This document shows, in pieces, positions 1-21,600 of a DNA stretch of 64,000 nucleotides. The translations under genes were made by a program, and so were the position numbers. Each line of letters begins with the position of its first letter. Position 1 is the first letter of the stretch. Source of the DNA: Styela clava. Lineage: Eukaryota. The DNA is taken from NCBI RefSeq assembly GCF_964204865.1, contig NC_135262.1, positions 6,014,001-6,078,000 on the forward strand. Reading direction: 5' to 3'. Under the pieces are notes generated by a model. It saw only the letters and a program-made list of their open reading frames with translations. It was not told the origin of the DNA and made no database searches.

Positions 1-649
1 TCGTACAATTCACGAGTGCATGATTGCAAATTACCATCCGCACAAAGCAACAAAACGTCACGTCTGCACGTACCGTATGTGTGCTGAAACTCCCGAGTCG
101 GGAACAGATGAAGATATTTATACAAACCTTTGTAATGCTTCATCTTTTATTCGGTTTCATAATCCATGAAAATACAACTAAACATCGATTGCGAAGGTCC
201 AACACTGAATACTGTATTTACTCATAGACCGATCTGGGTTTCGGTAGAAGGATGACATTAGAATGCATTCATGCGTAGCAAAATTTGATTTTTATATTGC
301 CTTATGGACCTTTCCCCGAGCACCGACTTCCTTGTTTACTTCGTGACATTGGCCAATCAAGAAGATGCAAAAAATAACGTAACAATACTCCCTTTTCGCA
401 TCCGCTCAGACACTTTTCTCACTCAGACAGATTTTCAGGCGTGGACGTAAACATCACCTCGTTTTCGCGTTTTCGAACTCTATTCGTTAGTTTTCAGTTG
501 TGTTTCGGGAATTTGAATATAAATGAGATAATTCAATGATCACTCTGTCTTCTTGGGAGTTTTAAATTATTTGCAGTAATGAAAAATTAGTGTAGAAAAA
601 GCTGTGATAGACTAGGCTAAAATTCCTTTCCGGTACCGTACTTTTGAAA

Positions 650-815
650 AACAGATTGTTGTATGCGTTGAATCCAACGACTAACATACGGTTGAATCAT
701 AATGATGGTTTGAACAAATACCCCATTTTACAGGCGCCAACACGCGAAACTACTCAGCAATTTTTCAATGATAAAAGTACAGCATAAGGAAGAATTTTTC
801 GAGGGTCAAAGGTCC
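650..815 (+). repeat. Dispersed repeat fragment shared with ~63722-63870
   Basis: AACAGATTGTT..GTTTGAA(A)CAAATACCCCATTTTACAGGC..AGAATTTTT..GGTCAAAGGTC at both ends of the window. Confidence 0.7.
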
Positions 816-1087
816 ATGGCTCGCTCGATGAGAAAACTTTTAAAGATAAAATATGACTAAAGCTTTTTGGCGATCATTTTTATTCGATGAGCAGAGAGCT
901 GCTATTTTTTTTTTTCAAAAACAGTACGCAGGGCTGCCATAACGTCCTTATTTCTGAGATTTGTACTTATTTTGACATGTGTCCTTATTTTATGGGTAGA
1001 GGTTCTAATACCAGGCACTAAGATTGGTCCATTAGAATGATTGATTTGCTAGAAATGATATTTCACAACCTCAGTGATTGCTACGCG

Positions 1088-1179
1088 CATTCATTACGTA
1101 ATAACAGCAAATTAATTAACACAATGACAAAACCATTCATTACGTAATAACAGCAAATTAATTAACATAATGACAAAAC
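1088..1179. repeat. 46-bp tandem duplication
   Basis: CATTCATTACGTAATAACAGCAAATTAATTAACA(C/T)AATGACAAAAC x2, one mismatch. Confidence 0.9.
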
Positions 1180-1492
1180 AATAGCCAACCGGCCAAAATC
1201 ACTTCGTGTAATCGAATCGAAATACAACATGTGATAAGTCGTGTTATCGGCTTTCCTGTCCCTGGATAAAAATGATAACTTATCCTTATCTTGTCAAACA
1301 GCTGGCTCGAGAAGTATTGACAGCTAGTATCTAAATCTCAATACCACTGAGCTATATTTTAATATTGTACAGTAAAATTTTAGGAACAAAACTGGAAACT
1401 AACGAACAACACTCCAGAACTATGAAATTGAGTCAATACAACCTAGTTCCTTGCCCACTATAAAACTAAAGCATTACTTGATATATGTATTA

Positions 1493-1498
1493 TTTATT
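1493..1498 (-). terminator. Candidate polyadenylation signal (AATAAA) of the LONRF gene
   Basis: TTTATT on the + strand ~340 nt downstream of the stop codon; AT-rich context makes chance matches likely. Confidence 0.45.
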
Positions 1499-1839
1499 CG
1501 CAAGAGAAAGGAAAGAATAATAAATATATATGTGAAATTCAACGTAAAAAACAAAGACACACCCACACAATATGGGAGTTAAAAGCAACAGGCAGTATAT
1601 AAGATAAAATTAATAAATAAGGAAAATATTTGAAGTGAATACCCTGAACCATGATTACAGAATATTGACAGTAGAAGAACAGTACAGTATGGACAATTTT
1701 ATCCCAGTTTATTTTGTAATACTGCTGGAAATTGTCTTTCTGTTCAAAATACTGACAAGTTTATAAAACCACTAAGCGCATACAAAGAATACTTTCATTG
1801 GACAAATCGAGTCCACGAGAAATTGGAATTGTGTGAATT

Positions 1840-8563
<6,724 letters not shown>

Positions 8564-11500
8564 TTTAGTTAAACTAGCTTTAAATTACAAGAAAAAGAAA
8601 AATAGGATACAAATTTAGTTTTAACAGTAACAAGTACAGTACCGTAAAAGCAGGTAACTTCGGATGAAATTTTTAATCGTTTTTATCTCGACTACATTGC
8701 GTCATATTGTGCTTATGGCAGTTTCTATAGTGAGGACTTATATGTCTAAATCTGTTATCATATTCAATCGCGCAGTTTAATTTATTTTATCATTAAAAAA
8801 ATCTCGTTTTGGCATAAAATTGACACTCCGTTGTCGAGCGGCTCAAATTGTGACTTCTACTGATGCTAACTTCGTCAAAATAGCGTCATTCAATAGAGGG
8901 CGTTATCAATGTATATAATATTAGACTAATCGCGAGATGTCTTATGAGACCCGATAAAAAATTAAAATTTGAATAATTTTTTTTATCACAATAATAGCAT
9001 CTTACACATTGAACTTGACGTCACCCTAACGTCGCTCACTTCGAGGACGACGTCATGTTGCGTCGCCGTTACAGGTTCGACGCCAGACATTCGGGCACCG
9101 ACGAGTTGGCGTAGATTTGAAAATAACAACGATATTTTGTTCGATTGATCAATATCGGCAAAATATACGCATCAACAACTTTCTGTGGATCATAAATTCA
9201 TGGCGTCAAATGCTGGAAATGTAATTCAATTAAATTTATCAAAAATGGCAATTAATGAAAAGCATATCCATTCGATTTGACGATTTCAAATTTCTCCGCC
9301 AATATACTTTGGCAATCCCTATGATGTGATGGTGACGTCGTAGTGACGTAATTTTTGGATGGCATAGGCCTAGTCAGGTGAGGGTTATGCTACGCCCACT
9401 GGAAGTACTTGTGGTACTAAACTATACTAGACCCCTAACCTGAATTATACACATATAACTATACAAGGCCTATGCTATGTTAGTGCTGTACGGTACTACA
9501 GTCAGACAGTGTGGCCTACTGAACCACCATTCTAGTAAATGCCTATGAGTACAAGTATAATACTTTGGGTATCGCATACCATATCCTACTAAACTGTGCC
9601 TAATCTCAATATATACCACGAATATAAGCATATATATATGAACCGTACTGGTATGTTACGCAACGATTGACAATCGACGCTCTGCGCACTGACCGACATA
9701 GCGGATGCGTCGACGAATGAATGTTACATAAGTTTTGCCGTTCAGACTTACATAACACATTTTCTATACGTTGCCAGATTGTATAACATCATTAAATATA
9801 GAATGTAAAAAAAACGTAAATTTTTAAATAAATTCATTAGGAATAATTTTAGAATAAGTTATTACCCAAATGTTATGTTATCCCCAAAAAATGGTAACCG
9901 ATAAGACGGCGTAATCACAGGGGGGACCACGGTCTTTTGTCCGGTTGCTAGTCTATGCCGACACGGGACTAATTTAGCAATAAAGAAGCATGAATGTAAT
10001 AGAATAAAATATTTTTATACAAAAATTGATCTAAGAACTAATTCATCAAATACATGAAACGAACGAAAAAAACTAATTAAGTTCATTAGATCTGGCAACG
10101 TCGGTTTTTCAGACGTTTTATATTGTAAATATGGGGGGTGACGTCACCATTTTCTTCGTTCATCGACGGGCTGTATTTAAATTTAACATGAAGTACGGGC
10201 TCGGATAAAGGAAAGTCAAATGACGGCATTTTGGTATTATATAAGTATAAGTTTATTTATTTTTAGTGCGAACGCGCAAATGAATGATGAAATGATCAAC
10301 AGTTCTGTTCACAAAAGTTTTTCTTGCTCGTCGACAGTAGGCGATAATAGCCAAGTTGAAATAGACGGTTGATCAGTCAGACCAATTACACTTTTGAGGC
10401 AAATAAACATAGAGGTTTATTTCATGTGATCTTCGTGATAAATGTGTACTTTGTTCGCATTGTGATAATATATCCCACTGTTGCAATATTTCACATAGTT
10501 TGTAAATCATTTATGACTCTGCTCAGCCCTAAAATATTCATGCTCAGTAAAATAAACATTTGCTCATTGTAACATTTTCTTAGAGGGAACACTTATAGCC
10601 AACCATATTTTATTTTGGGGGGCAATCATCACGACTATTACACTTGGGTTCTATTCTTTTGTACCAGAGTTTTTTCGAGTCTTTTTTTCTTCTGAATCGA
10701 TGCATGTAATTATCTATTATTCATTATTACAGCGGTTCCCAAGGTGAGCGCCTATATTATTTGCCAAGTGCGCCCGGAATTACCTACTTTGAAACGATTC
10801 AACAGAGCGTGACGACTGCTGCCAGAACCACTTTTTGAGAAAACGCTGCCAATTTGCTTTGTATTCGTATGTGGTTTGGGCGGTAGATTAACCGAGAGAT
10901 GCTGTACTAAAGTAGGTTTTTCGTAATATGTCAGTGTTTTAAGGTACACGATATCCGATCCTCTGACGGTACTGCAGTACCGGTACAGATGCACCACTAC
11001 CAGGTACGGTACCGGTACCGTACTATACCGGTACTCAACCTAACCGACAAATAGACGTGGTAGGCCTACTGTACATGCAACTTAACAAATGTTAGTCAGT
11101 ATTTAATTTATAATATTAAAAAAATTGTTGAAGCAACATTCACACACAGTGAGCTTTTCGAAGCAGGTACGAATAACAACCGCGCGTAGTCTGAAATGGC
11201 GCCGTAAGGCTAGTGTCCCCTCAAAATATGTTGCTGACAGCATCGTTCAAAGGTCATGAAAGTTGGTAATGTGCTCCTGGCGCATACGATACCACTTTTT
11301 CACGGTTCGTGGAGTCACAGAATTGTGTCAGTTATCTGGTATCAAATCTAACAGGAATATTTTTGATTTTTGTATGTCGTTTGATCAACAGACATATTGC
11401 TAGAGTCAGGCATGAAATGTTATTCGTATGACCTTGCGATTTCTTCAGTAAAATACTCAAAAAACTTTTAATTTAGCTGTGAAAATTGGAAATATTTTAA

Positions 11501-11975
11501 AAACGATCAATAAGCACTCATTTTCCTGGCGCTGCTTTACTTCCTTTGGGTTTAGCTAACCTGATGTACTTCAAGATCCGGTGGACTTAAGCAATACAAA
11601 AAGCATTAACGGTGCAAACCATTATACGAGAGTTCTACATTGTTTTTAACCCTCACAATCCGTACAGACTCATGGTTATCGGCAATGACCAAGACTTTAC
11701 CCGAAAGAAATCTCCAGATTACTGTTATTTTATACACCAAAAGACTCTTTGACTGGTCTGTAAAAATGTCAGTTCCAGAGGGTCACGGCGAAGTTGGACC
11801 ATGCCAAGTGGGTGGTGATGAGAAATATTGAAAGAGCACTGATCTACAACACCATGAGTTTGTTGGATGGTGACCAAGATGCCTAAATTCTTGTCTACTT
11901 TCTTTCCTACACATGAACTACACAACATTTTCAACAATTACGAGTTAACAGGACGCAGAAAAAAGGACATACACA

Positions 11976-11981
11976 TTTATT
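11976..11981 (-). terminator. Candidate polyadenylation signal (AATAAA) of the MPRIP-like gene
   Basis: TTTATT on the + strand ~690 nt past the stop codon, followed on the minus strand by a GT/T-rich tract. Confidence 0.5.
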
Positions 11982-12671
11982 GAGATATTTATAGAAATTA
12001 TTTTGCAACAACAGTACATTTCATTTTAATAGAGAAAGCTGCAACAATCCGAGAATAATAAATTCCCTTTTTAGTCAAAACAAAAAATATCATCCACCAA
12101 AATCGCAGACAAGAAACAAAGGGACCCTACATAGGATCCAGTGGGTAACTGAGAATATGTTTTCATTTAAAAAAAGTCAAACAAATCATAAGCGCCATTT
12201 TTAGTCAATTGCCTGGTTGAAATTAGCGCCAAAATGGAATTTCATGTGCGGAAAACGTGCAAAATCAGATTATGAAAAGTAGCGCCAAAGGTAACACAGC
12301 AAAAAAAAATCAGGAAAACGTTACATGAATTTTCATGATTTCAAAGATGAACTAGTGATAATATAAACATAAACTAGAATAAAACAAACAACACTGACTG
12401 AAAAGCATTATTATTCCATATTTCCATCATGGACCATGCCTTATCGCGCATGATTTGGTAGAAATACCAAGTCAGGTTGATGAGAAATATTGTAAAAAGC
12501 TAAGCACCGTTGCTTTCATAGAAAAGTACTAATATAATTCTTAATAACAACAATAATATAGTATGTGGATTAATTAATTATTTATGATAACAAATGGAAG
12601 ACTACATTGTGTGACATCGTGGTTTAGCTAAAAATCATGATGAAAATGAACAATAAAATATTTTAGACTTA

Positions 12672-15600
12672 TTAGCTTGACACGCCTTCTCTTCCAAGCT
12701 GAAAAAAATAAAGAGAAAGGTTTATAAATTATACATTTCAAACAGTTTACCGAATAAAATTGAATCTTTTGCCTGGTATGGGATACAGAGATGAGCTGGG
12801 GTGCCTTAACTGTATAAAAAAAGAAATTTGAAATATTCAGTCAGTTACCGGTGGTTCTTTGACCAGGTTAGTATGTATAGCCCTAAACTAAGCTCTTACA
12901 CAGTGAAATTCATTCAAATATAACTTTTGATTAAACTAACTTTTGAGTCAGTAGAGGTCAAACGAGTCTCGCCAGCGAACAAAGTCTATTTTTCTTTCAG
13001 GAATTACCCATTACATGAAGTATTTTGTTAATTGAGGTCTTTTCTATATATTAACACAAATTTACCTTCGAGTAACTTCTTCTTTCTGAACTCCTTTTGA
13101 CAGGTTTTGATGATGGAAGATCTTCAAATGATATAAAATCTGGATGACTTTTGGATTTCACAATATCTAAAAATATATATACATGGTATATATGAGTGAA
13201 GATCAAATATATGGACACGAAGGCCAAAACAAAGTAGTAGGGGTATTCTGCCACAGTAGACGAAAAAGTCACAGAAATATTTAGTAAAATTAGTCTTCTT
13301 TAGTAAAAAAGTCTTCTAGGTAAAAAAAAAAAAATTTTCAAACACTGGAAAATTTCATTATTCCAGTAATTAAAGAAAAAACGATTTTTTTTAAAACACT
13401 AAGAAGAAAAATACCGAAAACAACAACAGAACGATCCACAGCCACATTTCGTGCTTCGTCTAACAAGAACTGAAGCATATGCAAGCCTTTTTTGATAAAC
13501 GGTGGAAAGTCTAGTAAACTTTATGCTAAATTTCAAAAGCAATCAGCCAATGATGGACCATAATAACTTGTCAATAAAATTTACTAACCGTATCCTTTTC
13601 CTGACGGCAGACCAATGCCTCCATCTGCCGTCAGCCTTCTTGAGCGATGGTATTTTCTTCCCTGTATAATACATGATAAATATAAATCAAAATAAGATAT
13701 TCTTTTCATTTTGAGTTAAACCAGCGTGACAGTTATAACAATTTTTTATTCCAAAATGTATAGAACCAAGTTTGAATCGATTCAAATATAATACGCCTTA
13801 ACATGTGCAACCCCCGAGGGAATCATTATGTAAGATGATTATTGGATCATTATCTGTAAGGGATCGGTTTACATAACAACAAGAGCTGTTGAGGTCAATC
13901 TTTTACCATCTAAATCTGTATACTTGTAACATTTGCAGCATTAGCTCCCTCGAATTGAGTCAATGACTCGTTCCCCCGCAAGTCGATAACTCGAGCCTTC
14001 TTGATTTGAGTCGGTGACTAGACCTCCCTCGAGTTGAAGCGATGACTTGAGCCTAAGAGTCGAGTCGATGACTCAACCCCCCTCGAGCTGAGTCGATGAC
14101 TTGAGTTGGCGATACAAGCCTCCTCGAGTTGAGTCCATGACTCGAGCAACGGGCAAGCTTGAAAACCAAATATTATCTCGTCTTTCTTCTCCCCTCAGAA
14201 AAATATAAAATACTATCTACATAGTTCCGAGCGAGTGTGCATGACAATAAAATCTATTACCTGTAGAGCAACTGATGCCTGTTGTTTAAATGATTCCATC
14301 TGTTGCTGCAAAACTGCAATCTGTAGTTTTTTCATGCTCAGTTCAACCTAAATTAACATAGAATAATTTCATGGTAAAGGATAATTCCAGTGTTATCATA
14401 ACAAGGGCAGTTAGAATCGAGAGAAAATTTACAATCGACTCAGACGCTGCGCTGAAAAAATTTCAACTCATTCTAGAAATCCTGATATGATAATAAAAAT
14501 GAGTCAACTGATTTTTTTTACTTTCGATTGCAATTTGAGATTCAAAATTTCGACTAGACTATGAGGAGTTTGAAAATCCGACTCCGTTGAGTATATTTCC
14601 AACTCCGACACCACAGCCACGACAGATTCAATACAATTTGCAATATCGAACCTGTAGTTGATAGACACCGTCATCCGCTCCAGAACCTGAAGAATGTTTT
14701 GCGGACTTTTTAACTTCCATTATCTCTTTCTGTAAAATAAAACAGATGATCATAAAAATTGTCAGTGCGATGGATCAGTGTGTTGTATCCAACTTTGGGT
14801 TGGTAAAATGGCTGATAATGATCTTGGGTTGAAAACACTATGTCGAAGAAGATTAACACAGGGTGACCCCCCTCGGTGTTTAGAAAGGCCGGGCCGAAAA
14901 AGTTAAAGTACAAACATGATGCTAATGAGCGAGCCCTTGTCTGGACAAATATGTAGGAGGCGCTCGTTCAAGCGTCTGGCTCGAGCACTTGTCAGCCTAG
15001 CAGAACGGTCACATTGTTATGCCTGGGTTTTAGGCACCGCTGCAGGCGGTCGGCAGGGCTCTTGCTTGTGCGAAAAAAACTCCTGTATGATTGTACCCAA
15101 ACGTTTCAATAATCTGTAGGGGGCTCTGCACAAATGACCTGGATTCTCATTTTTATTGTTCACCCTATATGTTGGGTAAGTTCAATTCCAAAACTGGGGA
15201 GATTTTCTTCCTTCTATAAATAGCAGATACTAATGTATTAGTGGTTACTAGCACGGTGCCTCGTTCAGAGCAAGAGTACAAAATTGTTATCTAAAAACCA
15301 TTATTTTTTTTCTCATCCTAAGATTTAAAATTATTATTTTTTTTTTTAATGAAGCAAGGTTAATTTCGACAGATAGCGAGCCAGCCCAATTATCAAGGCG
15401 TTCCCACTGTACCCTATGAATAATTTTCAAACCAAGTCGTGTTTACTTCGACTTTTAATTGAAGAAAACTTTTTTTCAAACTATGATCCAACTCATCTAA
15501 TTGACGTTCTGTGTAAAGCCATATAACAGAGCAACCATTATTTTGTTAGTTAGATAACGCCAATTAAAATAAAGTGTGCGCTGAAGATCGTTATATAAAA

Positions 15601-18600
15601 AAAGGAATTAAAATTAAGAATGTGCTGAGGATGCTTTTATGAAAAAGGCAATTAAAATCAAGAATGTGCTGAAGATCGTTATATAAAAAAGCAACGTTTA
15701 TCTTAGAAAAGGGCAATTAAAATCAAACATGTGCCAAACATGGTCATATGTATGAAATCTAATGGGAAATATTTCATAATAAATATCTCTGCGGAAAAAT
15801 AAAACACGGTTTAATACCACAATATAGTGATATGTAACAGACACCCTCTTCTTGATTATGTAAGGAAATGTAGGTTCTGTGACATTATGAAATATAGTTG
15901 TGACATAATTACATTGATCGTAATATCTTCACTCACTTAGGATTATATAAGCGTTTGAATATTGATTGAGATAAGAATGTTATTTGACAGCATAAATAAA
16001 TACTCAATAAATGAAACATGATCAAATGAAAAGATAGTGGGAAGAGTATTACATGAGAATTGTTATTCAGTATAAGAGGTTATGTAATTCACAGATTTCA
16101 AAGCTAATGAATGTAAGGTATGTCTAATCAAATTCCGCATTGTACTAAAATGATGTGTGCTATTCGGGATTTTATTCCTGACATTGGAATTTTCTAACGG
16201 CGGTATTATAAAAATAATCTAAAGTGGCACTCAATGTTGCAAGAAGCTCAACTTTGGTAGGCCATGAAAATTGAATAATAAACATCAGTTTATTGCTAAT
16301 ATGAAAAAGCGCTCCTACTTGAAAATTTGTGGACAAATGATCGTTTTGTTCTTTCAATACTCTGTTATTTTCTTCAGCTGTATTCAACCTCTCTTCTATA
16401 TCTCCATTTTCTTTTTCTTTTAAGCCAAATTCGACACATTTTTTTGTATAAAGGTCCGACAATGTCTATGAAACAAGAACAGAAAAAAAAAATTGAGTCA
16501 TGATAATAAAAAAAGTTTTATTTACATTTTAAGGTGAATAACGTGGTGAATTCGAATCTATAAAAAATTATTATATAATGTTGAGAATGTTATATATTGT
16601 ATTATTGTTATGAAAGATAAATTCTTATGTAATGAATTTTCAGATTTAAAAGCCCGAATGGAAGATTTTAGTTGAACTGTAAGATGTACCAATAGGATTG
16701 GATTTACATGTTTATCCCGGGGAAAGGAAAACCGATAGGACGACTTAATCATATGGCGAACCACGGCCTCTCATCAAGTTATCAGTCCATATCAGGTATG
16801 GGTTTAGTTTGCCAGTTATTTTTTTCAGAGGGATGAACTTGATGGCAGATGAAGCCGTAACCAACTATTGATTATGTGAACTCTGCTAAGGTGGCGAGAA
16901 GTCCAGCAATCCTATTGCACATAATTATACCCCATGAGTTTCGAACTTGCGAACCCACACAGGGTAATTAGAGGTGCGGTGGTGATCATATTGCTAACAC
17001 TTAGCACGATGCACCACACCACAGAGCCAATAAAAAATATTTCCCAAAGTTTTTTCAATTAATAGGGCTTTGGTACTCTAGAAGTATGTGCACCAAGATG
17101 TCAAATACCGCAACGTCGTATGTGTACCAGGTTAGGGTTAGGCCATACAATATATCAGGTACAAATACTACAGGAGTCACTTGACTAGTCACCGAACTCG
17201 TAATAATTGGAATAAAACTATGTCCTAACCCTAACCTGGTACACATTCAACTTTCCTATGTCCGCCGTCTTGGTGCACATACTTCTGGAGCGCCAAGGCT
17301 TTAACATATTGCAATTAAATATGAAACTTGTTATGTAGAAAGCAGCGAAAATCATGATTTATGATGAACAAAGTGATTTTTATCCTTTTTTTACTCTAAA
17401 CAAGGCCCAAGCAAGCATAGCTTAGTTGAACTCGTAGTTGTTATAATGGAGGGACCAAAATATTACTGGTTCAGCATTGTGTACTCAATTTATTACACCG
17501 AGAGAGGTGGTGGACGTGGCATTCGAACTCGAGTATTTTAACTTGTGATACCAACATAGTCAAGTCTAATGCTTCAACCCACTGATTTCATTGCATAAGA
17601 GATAAACCTGCAGCTTCCACCACCATCAAGTCCATGCATCTGTAACAAATAACTGGCTAACTGATTCAGTGCCCGACATGGACTGGTAACCGGACGAAAG
17701 GCTGTGGTTCACCATACGATTAGGCTGTCCTATCGGCTTTCCTCTCCCCCAGAATAAATATGTAAATCCTATCTTAACTTATATGACGCAATTGAATGAT
17801 GTTTGTGAATATATTAAAAAACAGGGGTGTGCAACCTTTAACACAGGAGGGCCAGGTACAGATATGTGGGTGAAACGGCTGGCCGCACATTTATTTAACA
17901 AAGGCTTTCTAGTAGTTGTAAGCACAAAAATTTCGGTTATTGATCCTGGGATATGCTTTGTTGGCTTTGCACAAGCTAGTTTGTAGGGCATTGTAACGTC
18001 ATAAGCATAGATAATAAACTGGTCTCAGGAGCCACACAACTTTTCCTTGTGTTCCGCATTTGGCCAACGAGCCGCAGGTTGCACACCCTTGTATTAAAAT
18101 ACTGGAATATATTAACCTCAATCTGACGTTTGAGATCATCCGTTTCTTCTTTTGCACTCCTGTCAACTGTGGTTGATTTTAATTTCTCTAATTCTTCTTG
18201 ATAATGCTAAAAAAAGAAAACAAACAATTTGAGCACAGTACATTCAATCGAGGCGATATCAAACATGAACTATATAAAAATCTATCTTCATTAGATAATA
18301 ACCTCCGTTTCATATAAGCATTCGCTAGAATATATTTTCTATATTTTGTAGAGAGCGGAGATCCAATAAAATTTATCGAAGGGTTGGCACTGACTTAAAA
18401 ATAATTCAAATGTACTTTTACTCTAACGGCAACTAAAATTGAACTTAGCAACAAAGAACGTTTTTATGGTCTCGAACATATATTTAGAGGTGGTACTAAA
18501 TATATACTTGCTTATAACAGTTATTTAGTAACTTGTGCAGACTTCATTTTTAAAAGTCATTCATGACATAATAGTGCTTATTCCATATATTACCCTAATG

Positions 18601-21600
18601 TGTCAAATACAAAGTATGACATCATAATAAGATGTCACATATTTTCAATTTCTACATTCCCCCACAGTGAGATTCTGCATACACCACTTCTCATGTATGA
18701 TTCAAATATAAATGTACCTTTTCCATAGAAACGATTGCCATCTTAGTCGAAGTGATTTCATCTTCCATTTCTTGTGCTTTTTCTTCTTCAATAACCTTCA
18801 AGTTTTGTTGATATTGCTCAGCCAGCTCATCCAACTTGATAACAGAAGAGTTTAGAAATTAATTACTGGTACAAGTTACAAGAAGTTGTAGACTTCAATG
18901 GCCCAATTGCAGGGCTATTCAAACTGGGGGTTGTGCAACAAATTTTAGGGGTCGCAAAGAATACACCAATATCACACAAAGTACTATATATCTATTGCAA
19001 TTTTTTTTGACTTTTGATACAAAATACAATTATGTTATTTTATTAAACTAGTGCAAACTCAAGTTTTCAATACAATGAATAGCATCAGAGAAACGGTGCG
19101 CTTTCACAACCTTGCAGACTTTGATGGTAGGACCTGAGAAGCGGCCCGCTTGTATAACAATGCTGATTTAAAAGGGTTAACAGAAAGTTTAAATATATTG
19201 GAAGGGGTCGCAAGCTTAAAAAATGGGGGAGCCCTGCTTTATAAAATAGTTACATCTTGAACTTGGTAGAAAATTTTTTGCTTATTTCCACATTTAAGTT
19301 TTTTTTTATCATTACTACATGAACATTGTCTATAATCATGTTCCTATTTAAAATGGCGAAATAAAAAACTAAGCAATGGTTGTAAACAATTGTATTTCAT
19401 ATTTTATTCTCTCAGCCCAAAGTTAGAAGTCGGTTGTCAATGTTCCCGCAGAATCCTGTTTAAGATTTTTGGACTCTGACACCAGCTCCAAGAAAATCGA
19501 ATGTTGACAACAAAGACTTCGCCGTACCCAAACCTTCTTTAAACAGTCAATAAACGCTCCATCTATCATATGTTAAGGTACCTGCTTTTGATGGTTGTCC
19601 TTGATATCCGTGACACTTCTTTCAAACATTTCTTGAAGTTCCGACATTTGTTCGTCGTGTTTTGACTAGACAGTGAAAGGAAAAGGAAAAAAATTTACAT
19701 GAGAATATCTTCGCGATTGGGGCGTTTGGGTTACCATATGAAGGGAGATTTATACAATTAAGATGATTTTGGGACAAGTTGGACATGAAATTTTTAAGAT
19801 ACTTTTAAATCACCGACACATGTGAAAAAAAATCCTAAAATTTCAAACGTCTACCTCAGACATTGTTCTTTCTCTTTGTTTAGATTCTTCCAATTCATTT
19901 TTCATTTTCATCATTTCTTTCAGTTTTTGCGTGATGTTGTTGACAGCTTTTTCTTTATCTGTTAAACAGAGTATTTGGAACAGTTCGCAACAAATCTCAA
20001 TGAAAACTAAACAAATTGATTCTGTTTGAAAAGCAAGTATGTGAAGCGTTTGGTAATTTTTGTCACAACAACAACAACAATTTGCCAAAATGATTTATTA
20101 GCTAATCCATTCATTTATTGAAGTGATTTTGATTATACTAACACCATACTTGATAGGCACTACTTGACTTTTGTAACTACAGTAATATTAGGCATGATGT
20201 CTATAGGGCAGCCCAATAACCCTCTCCCATAGACGGCCATATAAATTCATCTCTATTCCGAACAGTAAGTTATAACTGTTTTCGGTACTCTCATAGTATG
20301 TGTACCAGGTTAGGGTTATGGCATAATGTTATTCCGATTTTCCTTATTTGTTTCTATTACGAGTTCAGGACTGTCTGTGTTAGCCAAGTGAATATACCTC
20401 CTGCCCATAGGTTTCAGTCCTTTTACACAACTTGATGTAGAGTAGGCGAACAAAATTAGTTACCTCCATATTGGTTCATACACATCTGAAGCGCCTTTTT
20501 GGAATTACCGGTGAAGTTTTTATTTTGTATTTGCATTTACCTTCTTTCAAATCTTCAATTTCCTTTTCATGTTTTTCTTTCAATTTTTCAATTTCTCGAA
20601 CCTTTTGTTTATCGAGCTCCGATATTTTCTTTTTATAAGATTCCACAGTTAACTCAAATTCTTCATTAAATTCATCCTAAAAAAATCAAAAATAAATTCC
20701 ATAGTTGATTGACTTGCATCCTTCTATACAAAAATAATGGTAAATATAGCAGATAGATCAGCAGTTCAAAAACTTTTTAAGCCTTTTTAAAATTTGTTAA
20801 TTCTTGTGCCCGACCTCAAAAATAACTAGCTAACAATAAGCTACAAATAACAGGTAGGGTAGGGCGAAAGTATGTTTTATCAAAAAAAAAAGTTGCATAT
20901 ACATGTACATATTGAAGAAATATTGATATACAAAGAGAACCACTGATATGGAATTATGTGTCATGTATAAAAACTTACTAGGAAACACTAAATCATACAA
21001 TATTACACGAATATTTGGTACATAAAATAAAACAAAAATTTTTTTTATATTTTTTTACCACTTTATCAATGAAAAAGACTTAATAATGTCGAATTTGTTG
21101 CTGACTTCGTAATAACTGAATTTTCTCCTATTTAGCGACGAACAAAAGTCAATTGCTGAATAAAGTCTCACTAGTATTTAATCGAATGTGAGTCTCACAC
21201 ATTTCATTTAGATCAGGGGTCGGCAACCTTTGTCGCTCGCAGGCCAAAATCAAGATTTCAAGTCATTGGCGGGCCGAACTTATTTTTAGAAAGTTGAAAA
21301 ACCGAACGGATGGTACTTTTTATAATAAAAATAAAGCAGTGATACATCTTTCGAATAGAATATAGATTTAGATTGCATCTCATAAAATTCTATTTGAATA
21401 TTTTTAGCGCCATTAGACCCTTTGCACTTAGCATCAACTTTTCTGCGTTTTGTTGCCATTTGCTTAATATTAATTAAATATATGCTCATTAAACGAGTAA
21501 TTGTGAATTATATAATTGTTAGGTTATAATATAATTTAGTCTAAAGAATATATTCGTCAAAACAGATGTTTTGTTACTGTAATTGAGTGAAGCGTCGCGG

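Noticed and set aside
8600-11980. MPRIP-LONRF operon (same strand, adjacent)
   Set aside because: About 3.4 kb separates the putative poly(A) signal from the LONRF acceptor, with promoter-like DNA between; tunicate operons usually have little or no spacer.
13946-14148. CRISPR-like palindromic repeat array
   Set aside because: Eukaryotic intron, degenerate repeats, no unique spacers of constant length, no cas genes.
16930-17028. tRNA gene
   Set aside because: A/B-box-like motifs are too far apart, no cloverleaf is evident, and it is the head of a multicopy SINE.
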